Positions 39,326 to 49,791 are shown, numbered from the stretch's first letter. The stretch: 64,000 nt of DNA from Trueperaceae bacterium (GCA_965213705.1 OZ243913.1:2208001-2272000); one strand, 5' to 3'. Program-made: numbers and translations. The notes: a model not told the origin generated them from the letters alone.

Positions 39326-39600
39326 CTACACCGGACCGCTTGCTACTTTACGCACCAAAGCCGCTTTGCCGAAGCGCCGGTCGCCGAAAAGGTGCTCGAG
39401 CTGCCGCTGTAACATCAGCCGGTTGCGCAGACCCGTGAGCGGGTCGAACAGGCCCCGCGTCGAAAGGTTGGTCAGCGAGCCCGCCATGCGTTCCGGCCCG
39501 CCGTCGGCGTTGCATATGGTCAAGAGTGTCACCACGAGTCCGGCCAGGACCACGCCGACCGCCATACCGATGCGAAACCGCAAACTCACGTTCGCCCCGC
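39326..39600 (-). pseudogene. Remnant of a membrane GGDEF-type gene
   Basis: TM segment then LFDPLTGLRNR (pre-GGDEF motif), truncated. Confidence 0.45.
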
Positions 39601-39800
39601 TCGGCTGAAGCGTTTGGACTCGAGTGCCGTACCGTCACGGGTTCAGGGTAGCGGCTCGAGTTTTACAAAAGTCTTATGCGCGCTTGTTTTTGCATGGCCG
39701 TCTCGACCTGAGCAGAATCGCTCGCCGCTGCCGGACGAGGTTTGACCGGAACCGCCCGACTGCCTCTCCCGGCTGCACCCTCCCGCCCGTGCCCCGCCGA

Positions 39801-40604
39801 CTACGCCCCGCGGGAGGTCAGGGTGCGCAGGTGTTGGGCGCTTTTTTCCACGCTGGCCGCGCCGCCGGAAACTTCTAAGCAAATTGTGCCGGTAAAAGCG
39901 CTCAAATAGCCGCAGTGTCTCTCAAAAGCGATAACGCCGTCGGGTGTGGCGCAGTGCGAGTCGCTGCGCCCGTCGTTGTTGCACAGGTGCAGGTGGGTGA
40001 CCCGCTCGCCCAAAATGTGTTGATAAGCGCTGATGAGGTCGCCCCGGTCGCTTTCAGCGCAGGCGCGCGCGCCCTCGAGGTGAGCGTGGGCGAAGTCGAG
40101 GCAAGCCCCGAGGTTGGCGCGTTCACACAGGTCGCGCAGCATCTCGGGCGTACGGACGAGCCCGTCGGGATAAAGCCCCAAGTTTTCCAGGACGACGGGG
40201 ACGGGTCCGGCGGGAAGCTGACACAGAGTCTCTAAAAGGGCCGCGACCGCGTCGGTGCGGGGTCGCGGCTGGTACACGAATACGCTGCCGGTATGCAACA
40301 CGCCGCAACGGCTGCCGACGGTTGCGCCGTACTCGAGGGCGCGGCAGGTCTCTTCGACCGCCGTGCGCCGCACCGCGGGGTTGAGCGAAGCCGGGTTCAG
40401 GTCGATAAAGGGCAGGTGGAGGGTCGTCGCCACGCCCGTCGCGCGGGTCAGCTCGGCAACGCGGCGGGCGGGTTGCGCTTCGGGCAAAAAGCCGCAGACG
40501 TCGTAACTCAGTTCTACAAAGTCCAGGGAAAGCCGTTCGGCGAGCCGGAAGGCTTCGTCTAAGTCGTACACACCTGCGGTCATCGAACTGTAGCCTAGCT
40601 GCAC
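39801..40604 (-). CDS. Sugar-phosphate isomerase/epimerase family TIM-barrel (AP endonuclease 2 fold)
   Basis: HLPF.DLN, ENL, CLDFAH, HLHLCNN..DSH, LEV. Confidence 0.8.
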   Translation of the reverse strand: MQLGYSSMTAGVYDLDEAFRLAERLSLDFVELSYDVCGFLPEAQPARRVAELTRATGVATTLHLPFIDLNPASLNPAVRRTAVEETCRALEYGATVGSRCGVLHTGSVFVYQPRPRTDAVAALLETLCQLPAGPVPVVLENLGLYPDGLVRTPEMLRDLCERANLGACLDFAHAHLEGARACAESDRGDLISAYQHILGERVTHLHLCNNDGRSDSHCATPDGVIAFERHCGYLSAFTGTICLEVSGGAASVEKSAQHLRTLTSRGA

Positions 40605-40785
40605 AGGTCACCCTCGCCTCGCGTCGCCCCGCCTTTACTATAGGCGTCGGGGGCGCGCCGCGGCTGTGACGGTTGCGGACGTGACCCGTTCAAAACGGGT
40701 CTCACAAACGGGTTTTACAAACGCCTTTGAAAGACGAGCGAGGCCGCAACCCCCAAACAGGCTGGGGTCGGGTAGGCTGTAGAAC

Positions 40786-41742
40786 GTGGTCGAACGTCAC
40801 GTGTTTCCGAACGGCGTCACCGGCTACCGGCTGGGCCGGGGCGAACACCCGCGCATGAGCGTGTGGTGTTACCGCGTCGGCGCCACGCTGTTGGACACGG
40901 GCGCGGGAAGCGTGCTCGAGTCCTTTTTACCCGTCCTGTTGGCGGACGGCCCGGTGCGGCACGTTTACGTGACCCATCATCATGAAGACCACAGCGGCGG
41001 TGCGGCGCGCGTCCGGGCGCTGACCGGCGCGAGCGTGACGGTTTCCGAGTTCGCTGCGCCGCTGCTGCGCCGCGGTTTCCGGCAGTACCCTTACCAGCGA
41101 CTCTACTGGGGCCGCTTTACGCGGTTCGAGGCGGACAGCGTCGTCGCGCTGCCGCCGCTCGGCAGCGCGACGTGGTCGACGCCCGACGGCGACTTCACGC
41201 TGCTGCACGCGCCCGGTCACAGCCACGACATGACGGTCGTGTGGGACGCGGCGCGCGGGGCGCTGTTTGCAGCCGACTTGTACCTGGCCGCGCGGCTCAA
41301 GCTCATGCGACGCGACGAGGTGTGGGCGGCGCTACAGGCCTCGCTAAAACGCGTCTTGAAGCGCACCGAGTTCGAACACCTCTACTGCGCTCACCGCCCG
41401 GTACCGACCGGCGGAAGGAGCGCCTTGGTCAAAAAACTGGCCTGGATGAACACGAGCCGCGAGCGTTTGGCGGCTGAACTCGCCGCCGGGACGCCGCGAG
41501 CCGAGCTTGCCGAAAAGGTCTTCGGACCCTCGAACCGCGCCTTTGAGCGCGCCAGCTTAGGCAACGTCAGCAGGCGCAACATGCTGGCGTCGCTGCAAGG
41601 CGACCTTCGCCCCCGCCCGGACGTGGCGCGCGCGGTCGGACCCGCGTGGGCGCGCTGTGACTTCGGACCCGACTTCAGTGCTGAGTCCGGTACCGAAAGT
41701 GGCCCCGAAGAGGTCACGAGCGACGTCCCAAACGGGTCCTGA
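40786..41742 (+). CDS. Metallo-beta-lactamase-fold hydrolase
   Basis: LDTG, THHHEDHSG, PGHSHD, CAH. Confidence 0.85.
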   Translation: MVERHVFPNGVTGYRLGRGEHPRMSVWCYRVGATLLDTGAGSVLESFLPVLLADGPVRHVYVTHHHEDHSGGAARVRALTGASVTVSEFAAPLLRRGFRQYPYQRLYWGRFTRFEADSVVALPPLGSATWSTPDGDFTLLHAPGHSHDMTVVWDAARGALFAADLYLAARLKLMRRDEVWAALQASLKRVLKRTEFEHLYCAHRPVPTGGRSALVKKLAWMNTSRERLAAELAAGTPRAELAEKVFGPSNRAFERASLGNVSRRNMLASLQGDLRPRPDVARAVGPAWARCDFGPDFSAESGTESGPEEVTSDVPNGS

Positions 41743-41788
41743 GAAGCCTACCGTTGAGACGTCGGCTTGACCGGCGCGCAGGCACCCC

Positions 41789-42331
41789 TCAAAGTTCTTT
41801 TGCGTACCAGTCCAGGATGGGTTGGGCGTCTATCGCGAAGCGGTAACCGAGCGTTTTCCAGAAACGTTCGGCTCGAGGGTTTTGCCCGTAGATGCTCGCC
41901 AGCACGCGCCGCGCCCGCCCTTGCAAACGCTCTTCCAAACCCAAAACACAACTGCGACCCAAACCGGAACTTTGCAAACGGCCCAGGATGAGCAGCAGGT
42001 TGACCATCACGTCACCGGTGTCGGGGTAGTGCATTTTGTAGTCGAGATAACCCACAACCTGCCGACCGCTCTGCGGGTCGGTAACGCCACACACGTCGGG
42101 CGTTCCCAGGACCAGTTCGGTGCAGCGCCGCGGGTCGTCGGCGGCGGTTTCCAATTCCCTACGCACCTCGTCTAAGGTCGGCGTGGGTATCGAGATGATC
42201 CGAAAGTAGTCGGGCGTCGCTTCGTAGAGCGCGTGAACGATGGGCGCGTCGGTCGGAAAAGCGGGACGCACGTCCAGCGCCGACGTGGCGTAAGCCCGCT
42301 CGGTGAGCGAACCAGGGGTTAGGGGTTTCAT
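41789..42331 (-). CDS. GNAT acetyltransferase
   Basis: QSSGLG motif A, N.RAERFWKTLGY. Confidence 0.82.
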   Translation of the reverse strand: MKPLTPGSLTERAYATSALDVRPAFPTDAPIVHALYEATPDYFRIISIPTPTLDEVRRELETAADDPRRCTELVLGTPDVCGVTDPQSGRQVVGYLDYKMHYPDTGDVMVNLLLILGRLQSSGLGRSCVLGLEERLQGRARRVLASIYGQNPRAERFWKTLGYRFAIDAQPILDWYAKEL

Positions 42332-42445
42332 GTTCTCACAGTATAAAACCGGGTGAGGCGTTTCGCTCTGCTAAACATCACAAACCTGCGTAACCGTGCG
42401 TGGTAACGCCCTGCAACTCCCCGCCGCTCCGGGGTAAAGTGAGGT

Positions 42446-43393
42446 ATGAAAACCCAGCCGCAAATCGTTTGTATGGGCGACGCCCTCATCGACTTCAAAG
42501 AGACCGGACCGTTGGCCTTTCAAGGCTTTGTGGGGGGGTCGCCGTTAAACGTGTCGGTGGCGGCGGCCCGTCTGGGAGAGGCGGTCGGTTTCGCCTCGCA
42601 AATTTCCGCAGACCAGTTCGGCCGCGCCATCCGCGCGCATTTGCAAGAAAACGGGGTGGGTACCGAGTTTTTGCTGACGAGCGACGCCGCTTCGACCCTC
42701 GCTTTCGTGGGTGAGGTCGAGGGTGAAGCCGTGTTCGACTTTGTCGCCACGCAAACGGCGGACGTGCTCTACAATCCGCAGCCCCGGCAGGTGTTCCCCG
42801 AGACGGTGCGCATGGTCCAGTTCGGCTCTATCAGCCTGCTGCAAGAACCGGCCGCGACCACCCTCACCGACACCGCCGCCGCGCACTGCGAGCGCGCGCT
42901 CGTCGTCTTCGACCCGAACGTGCGCCCGGCCTTGATTGCCGACAAACAAACCTACGAAGCGCGCCTGAAGCGCCAGTGGTTGCCCATCAGCCAAATGGTC
43001 AAGGTAAGTTCGCAGGATTTGCGCTGGCTCTATCCTGACAAAAACCACGGCGCTGTAGCCGCAGACTGGTTGGAGCACGGCCCACATGCCCTCGTCATTA
43101 CCGACGGCGGCGACGGCGTGACGCTGTACCGACCGGGCAAGGCCGCGCTCGGCGTGCCCGCGCCCAGGGTCGAAGTCGTCGACACGGTCGGCGCGGGCGA
43201 CACTTTTACCGGCGCGCTGATGGTGGCGCTGCTGGCTGCGGGGATTTCGGGTCTCGGCTCGGTCAGCGCCGAAACCTGGCGCGAAGTCTTGAGCTACGCC
43301 GCCGCCGCCGCCGCCATGAACTGTACCCGCGCCGGAGCCAACCCGCCTACCAAGCTCGAGCTGGAAAGGTTTATGAGCGAGCGCAAAAGTTAG
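42446..43393 (+). CDS. PfkB-family carbohydrate kinase (fructokinase-like)
   Basis: GGSPLNV, FDPNVRP, DTVGAGDTF. Confidence 0.92.
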   Translation: MKTQPQIVCMGDALIDFKETGPLAFQGFVGGSPLNVSVAAARLGEAVGFASQISADQFGRAIRAHLQENGVGTEFLLTSDAASTLAFVGEVEGEAVFDFVATQTADVLYNPQPRQVFPETVRMVQFGSISLLQEPAATTLTDTAAAHCERALVVFDPNVRPALIADKQTYEARLKRQWLPISQMVKVSSQDLRWLYPDKNHGAVAADWLEHGPHALVITDGGDGVTLYRPGKAALGVPAPRVEVVDTVGAGDTFTGALMVALLAAGISGLGSVSAETWREVLSYAAAAAAMNCTRAGANPPTKLELERFMSERKS

Positions 43394-43667
43394 GTCTGGT
43401 GCTAACCGAGAAAGGAGAATACAGGACACAGGACGGCCCACTTACTCTCCACCTTTACGTTCTTTCGCTGTTACCAACGGTTGAAGGGATGCAGGAGCGA
43501 CAAAGTAATCCGAGATGGCCTGAGGCGCATGCGTTCGTAGACTGCTTCACCGCGTTCGCGAGGACGGTAGCGCGTGAGTTGAGTCGAGACTTTACGACGC
43601 CGACCTCGCTGAGTTTTGTTGCCGAGCAGCCCGTACTGCGGTAGCTGTCGGGGCTAAACTCGAGGCC

Positions 43668-44168
43668 GTGACTTCTCTTAACGACCTGCCTGTAAAAACG
43701 CGCTTGGACGACCTGCCCGTAAAGTCCTGCCGCCCGCTGCCGGACGCGGCGGCGGCGATTCGCTTCGCCCTGGAACGTTTTCACGAGTCTTGGCACAGCT
43801 ACCACACCGTCACCCCGACGCTCTACGGCGTTCGTGAAGAGGGGTTGGGGGTTTACCTGACCTTGGGTCACCTGCGCAAACCTTACGGCCTCAGTTGGGC
43901 GACCCTAGACGCGCTCAACGAAGCGTTTGAAACCCGGTACACGACGCACGGTTACCTGCTCGCCTCCGAAGCGGTCGGCGACGAGCCGCCGCGCCTCTTG
44001 TTCGGATTGCAGGGCCACACCCACGGCGAAAAGCACTACGGCGGCCTCGACCTGACGACGTTCGCGCCCTTCGAAGGCTTTATCACGACCGAGTTCGACG
44101 TGGCCCCGGAGACTTGGCGCGACCTGCGTCTGGAAGCGGTGAGCAACAGCGGCGCGTCTCTGCGCTGA
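43668..44168 (+). CDS. Hypothetical protein
   Basis: 166-aa ORF with host-like codon usage; short DLPVK duplication at the N-terminus. Confidence 0.55.
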   Translation: MTSLNDLPVKTRLDDLPVKSCRPLPDAAAAIRFALERFHESWHSYHTVTPTLYGVREEGLGVYLTLGHLRKPYGLSWATLDALNEAFETRYTTHGYLLASEAVGDEPPRLLFGLQGHTHGEKHYGGLDLTTFAPFEGFITTEFDVAPETWRDLRLEAVSNSGASLR

Positions 44169-44294
44169 CCCTCTCCAGCTTGTAACCAGAGCTTCGACGC
44201 TGGCGTTTCTGTGCCGACGGCCGCCCCTTTAGCCAAACAAACGGCTTGAAATCAGTTACACCCCGACGACTGCGGCGTCCGGTACACTGATCCC

Positions 44295-46616
44295 GTGAAC
44301 CTCCTCGTCGCCCCGCCCGGCTCCGGCAAAACGACGCTGCTTGTAAAGCGGGCTCGAGCCGTCACCCAGCAGGGCGGCCGCGTCTGGTGGGTGGGTTTGC
44401 CCAGTCAGCGCAGCTACGTCTACCGCCGCGCGACCGAGGCGGGCGCACTGTTGGGGCTGGAATTTCTGAGTTCGCAGCAGGTCTACTACCGGCTGCTCGC
44501 CCACGCGCTCCGGCTGAAACCGCTCGTCGTGGGCACGGGGCGGCTGGCGCTGGTCGGCGAGGCACTGCTGCACCTGCGCCGGGAGGTGCCCGCCCCCGGC
44601 GAGGCGCGGCTGTTCGCCACCGCCATCGCCGAGGCGAAACGTTACGGCCTGACCTACAAAGAGGTCGCCGGGCAGGACGAAGAAACACAGCGTTTCCGCG
44701 ACGTGTTCCGGGTCTACGAAACCGTCAAGGGCGAAAGATGGGACTACGACGACTTTCGCACCGAGGCGCTTCGTTTGGCCGCCGAGTTGACCACGAAAGG
44801 CGAGGCCGACCTCGTCGTGGTAGACGGTTTCCGCGAGATAGGTCCGTTGGAACTGCGCATCTACAAAGCGCTCGCCGCGCACACCGAAGTGTGGCTGAGC
44901 TTGCCCGAAGCGCCGCCCGGTGAAACGGCTACTCATCAGCTCGAGCCTAGAACCACCCCGCCTCCCCGCAGCTACCGCGCCGCCAATCCCGTGACCGAAG
45001 CCAGGTGGTTGCTCCGTTCGCTGAAGCGCGACCTTGCCAGCGGTTACGACCCGCTCGAGCTGGCCGTCATCCTGCCCGAGCGCGAGGTCAAAGCGTTCGT
45101 CGCGCTCGGCGACGAGTACGGCGTGCCGCTGATGGACGAAACGCCCAAGGCCCTCGCCGACACCCTTGCCGGGCGCTTGTTGATGAGCTTGTTGGAACTG
45201 CCCGACTACCCGACCGCCTCGAGACTGCTCGCCGTCCCCGACCTGACGCGGTTGGCGAACGCCGCGCTCGAGCGCGGCGTGGCAGGGCTCGAGGCCGTCA
45301 ACGTCCTTGCCAAAGAACTCGGCCTGGAAGCGAGTTGGCGGAAGTGGTTGGGACTGTTGGAAGTGCCGGACAACGAAGTCGTCTGGGCCGAACACCTGCT
45401 CGAGACGAGCCTGCCCAACCTCAGAAAAGAATTGCCGCAGGACCTCGGCTGGGCGGCGTTCAAAAAGCACGCCCTCCAACGTGCAAAAGAGGCGAGTTCG
45501 CTCGCTAAGGGCGCTTCGTTCCGGGCCTGGTGGGGCGCGCTGTTGCAAGAAACGTTCCTATTTGACGCACCCAAGGGCGGCGTCGCGCTGCTGACCCACA
45601 AACTCGCCTCGGGGCGGCGCTTCAAAAAGGTTTACCTGAGCCACGCCGTCGAGGGCGCGTACAGCGTCGGCGAAGGCGAGGACTACTTCATCCCCGAAGA
45701 AGAACGGGGCGAGATTGCCGAGGTCTTCGGCCGCCTCGGCCTGCCCAAACGCTTTCTGGGTCGCGACGTGGCGCTGTTCGCCGAACTGCTGACGCGCGGT
45801 GACGAAACCGTCATCACCTACGCCGAGGCCGGCCAGGGCGGGCCGAACGTGACCGCGACCGAAATCGTCGGGTTGGAGCGGGCGGACACCTTACCCGACC
45901 TGCCCGCCGCCAGCCGTTTGGAGCTGCCCACGCTGGCGAGCTACACCGCCAGGGTGAGCACCCTGCCTTTGGGCACCGTCTCGCTGCAAAACCTCAAACG
46001 CTACGAGGACTGCGCCTTTCGCTACTGGGCCGAGGCGCGTATCGAGACCGGCGAAACGCCGCTTTGGTGGCGAGAGCTGTTAATCCGCCTGCGCGAAAAC
46101 TCCCGGCTCAACGTGGCGCGGCTCGAGCTGCTCAAAAGCGACTACCCGGAAGCCGCGCCGTGGCTGAACACGCACGCCGGACGCCTCATGGCGCTCAACT
46201 TCGGCGTGACGCTGCCCGAGACCGGCGACGGCCCGCGCGCCTACCTAGACGCCGCCGGCCGTAGCGGCAGCGAGGTGACGCTGTACCGCTTCACCGGGCC
46301 GGGCCGCAGCTTCGACACCGGCGAGGCGGGCAAGTATATCGACGGGCGCTGGAACGAACTGTGGGCGGCGGGCCACATGCTTAGCGGCTACGGTGGGCGT
46401 GTGAGCCGCGTCCACGTCCTCGTCTGGCCGCTACTCGCCGAGCCGGTCGCGGCCTATGACGGCGGCGTCGCCTACGTGTGGCGGCGCATCATCAGCCGCC
46501 AAGACAAAGCCGAAGCCGCGCACGAGCGCTTTCGCAGCGGCGACGTGCGCCCCAACCCCGGCTTCCGCTGCCGCGAGTGTAGGGTTGCGGACGTGTGCCG
46601 GGCGGGGCAGCGGTAA
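44295..46616 (+). CDS. AddB/RexB-like helicase-fold + Fe-S nuclease-fold protein
   Basis: Walker A APPGSGKTT, VVDGFR, C-terminal DCAFRY...CRECRVADVC four-Cys staple. Confidence 0.75.
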   Translation: MNLLVAPPGSGKTTLLVKRARAVTQQGGRVWWVGLPSQRSYVYRRATEAGALLGLEFLSSQQVYYRLLAHALRLKPLVVGTGRLALVGEALLHLRREVPAPGEARLFATAIAEAKRYGLTYKEVAGQDEETQRFRDVFRVYETVKGERWDYDDFRTEALRLAAELTTKGEADLVVVDGFREIGPLELRIYKALAAHTEVWLSLPEAPPGETATHQLEPRTTPPPRSYRAANPVTEARWLLRSLKRDLASGYDPLELAVILPEREVKAFVALGDEYGVPLMDETPKALADTLAGRLLMSLLELPDYPTASRLLAVPDLTRLANAALERGVAGLEAVNVLAKELGLEASWRKWLGLLEVPDNEVVWAEHLLETSLPNLRKELPQDLGWAAFKKHALQRAKEASSLAKGASFRAWWGALLQETFLFDAPKGGVALLTHKLASGRRFKKVYLSHAVEGAYSVGEGEDYFIPEEERGEIAEVFGRLGLPKRFLGRDVALFAELLTRGDETVITYAEAGQGGPNVTATEIVGLERADTLPDLPAASRLELPTLASYTARVSTLPLGTVSLQNLKRYEDCAFRYWAEARIETGETPLWWRELLIRLRENSRLNVARLELLKSDYPEAAPWLNTHAGRLMALNFGVTLPETGDGPRAYLDAAGRSGSEVTLYRFTGPGRSFDTGEAGKYIDGRWNELWAAGHMLSGYGGRVSRVHVLVWPLLAEPVAAYDGGVAYVWRRIISRQDKAEAAHERFRSGDVRPNPGFRCRECRVADVCRAGQR

Positions 46617-46688
46617 GAAAAATGATTGTGTTTTTCACTAGACAGTTTATAGTTATGCGGCAGGCGTCTTGATTTATAGGAGCAAAAT

Positions 46689-47150
46689 GTGAACGTTGAA
46701 GCCAATGAGAATCGCATTCAAATTCAACTCGAGCTACCTGTGCCAATCAAGTGGGTATGGGCGCTTCTTACGGAGCGGGAGCATATTGACCAGTGGTGGG
46801 GAGAGCACGTCAAGCTCGAGTCAGGTGTCGGAGGCAAATTCATAGAAGCGTGGTCTGATGGCAACCGCGACGTGATAACGTCTGGCAACATAACCCACTA
46901 TGACCCGCCCAACGTGCTGGCAATAACTTGGGCAGACGATGATTGGTCAGGTGATACTCGAGTAGTCTTTCAACTATCTGAGCAAGATGAGGCCACTCAG
47001 CTTCTTATAGAACATTCTGGATGGCAAATACATCCAGAGCCTAAACGCTCAAACCTGATAGATGACCATGCCGAGGGCTGGACACAGAACTTAGAAAACC
47101 TCATAAACTACGCAAAAGAAGTCCAGTCAAAAGGCAACTATGCAAATTAA
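46689..47150 (+). CDS. SRPBCC/AHSA1 (START-like) protein
   Basis: VWALLT...WW, DPPNVLAITW, HSGW, GWTQNL. Confidence 0.85.
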   Translation: MNVEANENRIQIQLELPVPIKWVWALLTEREHIDQWWGEHVKLESGVGGKFIEAWSDGNRDVITSGNITHYDPPNVLAITWADDDWSGDTRVVFQLSEQDEATQLLIEHSGWQIHPEPKRSNLIDDHAEGWTQNLENLINYAKEVQSKGNYAN

Positions 47151-47187
47151 CCTGCAAGTTGCTGCATAACTAAGCTAAGGATTCGTT

Positions 47188-47652
47188 GTGGAATACTGGC
47201 AAAAACTAAGACAAGCCGTTGGGCATGAAACCCTCGTCCTTCCTGCCGCTGCGGGCGCTGTCGTGAAGGACGGCAAAATCTTAATCGTCCGTAGCAACTC
47301 GATGAAAAAGTGGCAGGTTCCGGGCGGTTTGCTCGAGCCCGGCGAAGCTATCCAAACCACCGTATGCCGCGAACTCAAGGAGGAACTCGGGCTTGTTTTG
47401 GAAGCTCGAGACCTCATCTCCGTTTACAGCGGTGCGAAATGGCTCACCGAGTACCCGAATGGTGACAAGGTTCAGCAGTTCTTGTTCTTTTTCAAAATGG
47501 AAGGTGACGTTGACGAAATCGAGTTGCAGAAAAGTGAACTCAGCGATTATCGGTTTGTCGGCCCCGACGAAGTGCCGGAAGACACCATGCTTTGTTGCAA
47601 GCAGAAAGTTCTCGACTATTTTGCTTATCAAGGTCAGACTATTTTTAGGTGA
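47188..47652 (+). CDS. NUDIX hydrolase
   Basis: PGGLLEPGE...RELKEELG Nudix box; YPNGD. Confidence 0.9.
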   Translation: MEYWQKLRQAVGHETLVLPAAAGAVVKDGKILIVRSNSMKKWQVPGGLLEPGEAIQTTVCRELKEELGLVLEARDLISVYSGAKWLTEYPNGDKVQQFLFFFKMEGDVDEIELQKSELSDYRFVGPDEVPEDTMLCCKQKVLDYFAYQGQTIFR

Positions 47653-47827
47653 CAGTTCGTTAGCTTTACGTGCGCGAGCCGCTCCGAAGGCAAGGTGTAG
47701 ATAAGACTTTGTTCGAGGGTATCCGCGCTTGGGCTGAAAGCGTTGGGGCAACGAAAATGAGGCATCTTGCATAGATGATTCTCGACCTTGTTGCTCAAAC
47801 CCAAAATCGGGCGAAGCTGCAAAATAC

Positions 47828-47856
47828 TTGACAGCAAATAGCATACTGTATACAAT
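47828..47856 (+). promoter_or_regulatory. Near-consensus sigma70 promoter with overlapping GntR-type operator
   Basis: TTGACA-17nt-TACAAT; GCATACTGTATAC in the spacer/-10. Confidence 0.75.
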
Positions 47857-47919
47857 CATCCTGTTTAACAAACCGAATAAGCCCCGAAACGGTCCTGGCG
47901 TTTTACGAAAGGCTGCCCC

Positions 47920-48594
47920 TTGACGGTGTTTGCTCCTATCCGCACGACGACGTTACGCGACCGCGTGGTCGAGCAGGTGCGCACCGCCATCATCGAGGGT
48001 CGTCTCAGGCCCGGTGACCACGTCGCCGAGGTCAAGCTCACCCAGCAGCTCGGGGTGAGCCGGACGCCGGTGCGCGAGGCGCTGATTCTGCTCGAGCGCG
48101 AAGGCTTGGTCGTCGCCGAGCCCAACCGCGGCTGTTTCGTGCGCGCCTTTGGCGAAGCCGACGTGGACGCTATTTTTTCGATGCGCACCGTGCTGGAAAC
48201 CTTTGCCGCCGAGCGGGTTGTCGGGTCGCTGAGTGCGGCGGATTTTACGGTGCTGGACGACCTCATCGCGCAGCAAGAACGTTTTATCGAGGCCGACGAC
48301 TTCAGGGGCGTGCGCAGCACCGACATGGCCTTTCACCAGAGCTTGGTCGAGCGCGCCGCGCACCCACTTTTGGAGCGCGGTTGGCGCGAACTCGTCGCGC
48401 AAATCGCCGCGCTGCTTTACTTGCGCGCCGACGCGATTCGGGACTACGACGAAGAGCGGGCGGTTCGGGACCATCGGGCGATTTTGGGAGCGCTGCGCGC
48501 GGGCGACCTGGCCGCGGTAAGAGCGCAGCACGACCGCATCAACGCCCGCGTCGCCGCCGAGTGCCGCTTCGCCGTGCGGGAGTTGGCGGGGTGA
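47920..48594 (+). CDS. GntR-family regulator (FCD domain)
   Basis: LGVSRTPVREAL HTH; D..FH. Confidence 0.92.
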   Translation: MTVFAPIRTTTLRDRVVEQVRTAIIEGRLRPGDHVAEVKLTQQLGVSRTPVREALILLEREGLVVAEPNRGCFVRAFGEADVDAIFSMRTVLETFAAERVVGSLSAADFTVLDDLIAQQERFIEADDFRGVRSTDMAFHQSLVERAAHPLLERGWRELVAQIAALLYLRADAIRDYDEERAVRDHRAILGALRAGDLAAVRAQHDRINARVAAECRFAVRELAG

Positions 48595-48631
48595 GGCTAT
48601 TAGACCAACTCAGCTTACGCGTCTTTTTTCG

Positions 48632-48689
48632 GCAGGGGAGAAAAAGTTTTTGCTTTCACTCGGTACTTTCCACTCGGGCCTCGGTACTT
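48632..48689 (-). repeat. 58-bp repeat, inverted copy of 50887-50944
   Basis: 55/58 identity to 50887-50944 in reverse orientation. Confidence 0.9.
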
Positions 48690-48762
48690 AACTTTAAGGA
48701 GGTCAACCGTACAACGCCGTGAACGTCAGCTTGCAAACCTCGACCCTTAGGGAGACAAAACT

Positions 48763-49746
48763 GTGAAATTCTTGAAAACAACCCTCTTCGCCGCACTCGT
48801 TACGCTCATGGCAGGCGCGAGCGCGCAGACCGTCTGCTTCGGTTATCAAGACTTGGAAACCGAGTTTTGGGTGGCTGGGCACCGCGCCATGATTCAGTCG
48901 CTCGAGGACCAGGGCGTCACCGTCATCGAGCGCAACGCGAACGAGGACGCGAATAGGCAGCTCGAGCAGGTGCGCGACTGCATCGCGCAGGGCGTCGACG
49001 GCATCATTATCATCCCGCAGGACGGGGCGAGCGCGATTACCATCATCGGCGAGGCCAACGCGGCCGATGTGCCGATTGCGGTCTTCAACCGCCCGCCCAA
49101 CCCGGACAATCCCAACAACGCCATCGTGGTCGTGGCCGACAACGTTTCGATTGCCGAGCAGGCGGTCGAGCACTTGGCCGAACAAGCGCAGGCGCTTGGG
49201 TTAGACCGCAAGGTGCAGCCCCTCATCATGGTCGGCGCGCTCGCTGACACGAACGCCATCGGGCGGCGCGAGGGCTTTCTGAACGTGATTGCCAAATACC
49301 CCGACCTGTTCGCCGAGCCCATCGAAGTGCCGACGAACTGGGACGCCGCCACCGCGCTCGCCAACTTAGAGAGCGCCTTGCAGGCCAACCCGGACGTGGA
49401 CCTAATCTTCACCTCGTCGGACTTCTTGTTCCCGCAGATTCGCGCGGCCTTGTCGCAGCGGGGCAAGTGGGCCCCCAAGGGCGACCCCAACCACGTGATT
49501 CTGGGCGGGCTCGACGGTGACGTGACCGCCTGCCGGCTCATGAAAGAAGGTTACGTCGACTCTACCGGCGTGCAAGACCTCTTCTTCGAGGCGGACTCTA
49601 CGGTGAACGCGCTCTTGGCAGCGATTCAGGCCGGCGAAGCCCAGCCCAACGAGCAAATCGACGACCCCGGCTTCGCGCTCACCCAGGACAACATCGGCGA
49701 GCGCGAGATGGACATGTGGGGCTGCGTGCTCCTCGCCGACCAGTAG
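48763..49746 (+). CDS. Sugar ABC substrate-binding protein (RbsB-like)
   Basis: Signal peptide, QGVDGIII, VVADN; heads the apiose-type cluster. Confidence 0.9.
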   Translation: MKFLKTTLFAALVTLMAGASAQTVCFGYQDLETEFWVAGHRAMIQSLEDQGVTVIERNANEDANRQLEQVRDCIAQGVDGIIIIPQDGASAITIIGEANAADVPIAVFNRPPNPDNPNNAIVVVADNVSIAEQAVEHLAEQAQALGLDRKVQPLIMVGALADTNAIGRREGFLNVIAKYPDLFAEPIEVPTNWDAATALANLESALQANPDVDLIFTSSDFLFPQIRAALSQRGKWAPKGDPNHVILGGLDGDVTACRLMKEGYVDSTGVQDLFFEADSTVNALLAAIQAGEAQPNEQIDDPGFALTQDNIGEREMDMWGCVLLADQ

Positions 49747-49756
49747 GATTTGGGGG

Positions 49757-49784
49757 GAAAGGGTAGCCGCGCGGCTACCCTTTC
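49757..49784. terminator. Perfect palindromic hairpin after the SBP gene
   Basis: gaaagggtagccgc|gcggctaccctttc. Confidence 0.65.
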
Positions 49785-49791
49785 AAACTTT

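Noticed and set aside
40685..40735. ACAAACGGGT-like short repeats between divergent genes
   Set aside because: Only three degenerate copies; may be operator sites but too weak to support
43399..43644. 81-aa ORF after the PfkB kinase
   Set aside because: No RBS or motif support; cannot be called
44295..46616. C-terminal four-Cys domain as Cas4
   Set aside because: Fused to a helicase-like N-terminus as in AddB; no CRISPR context
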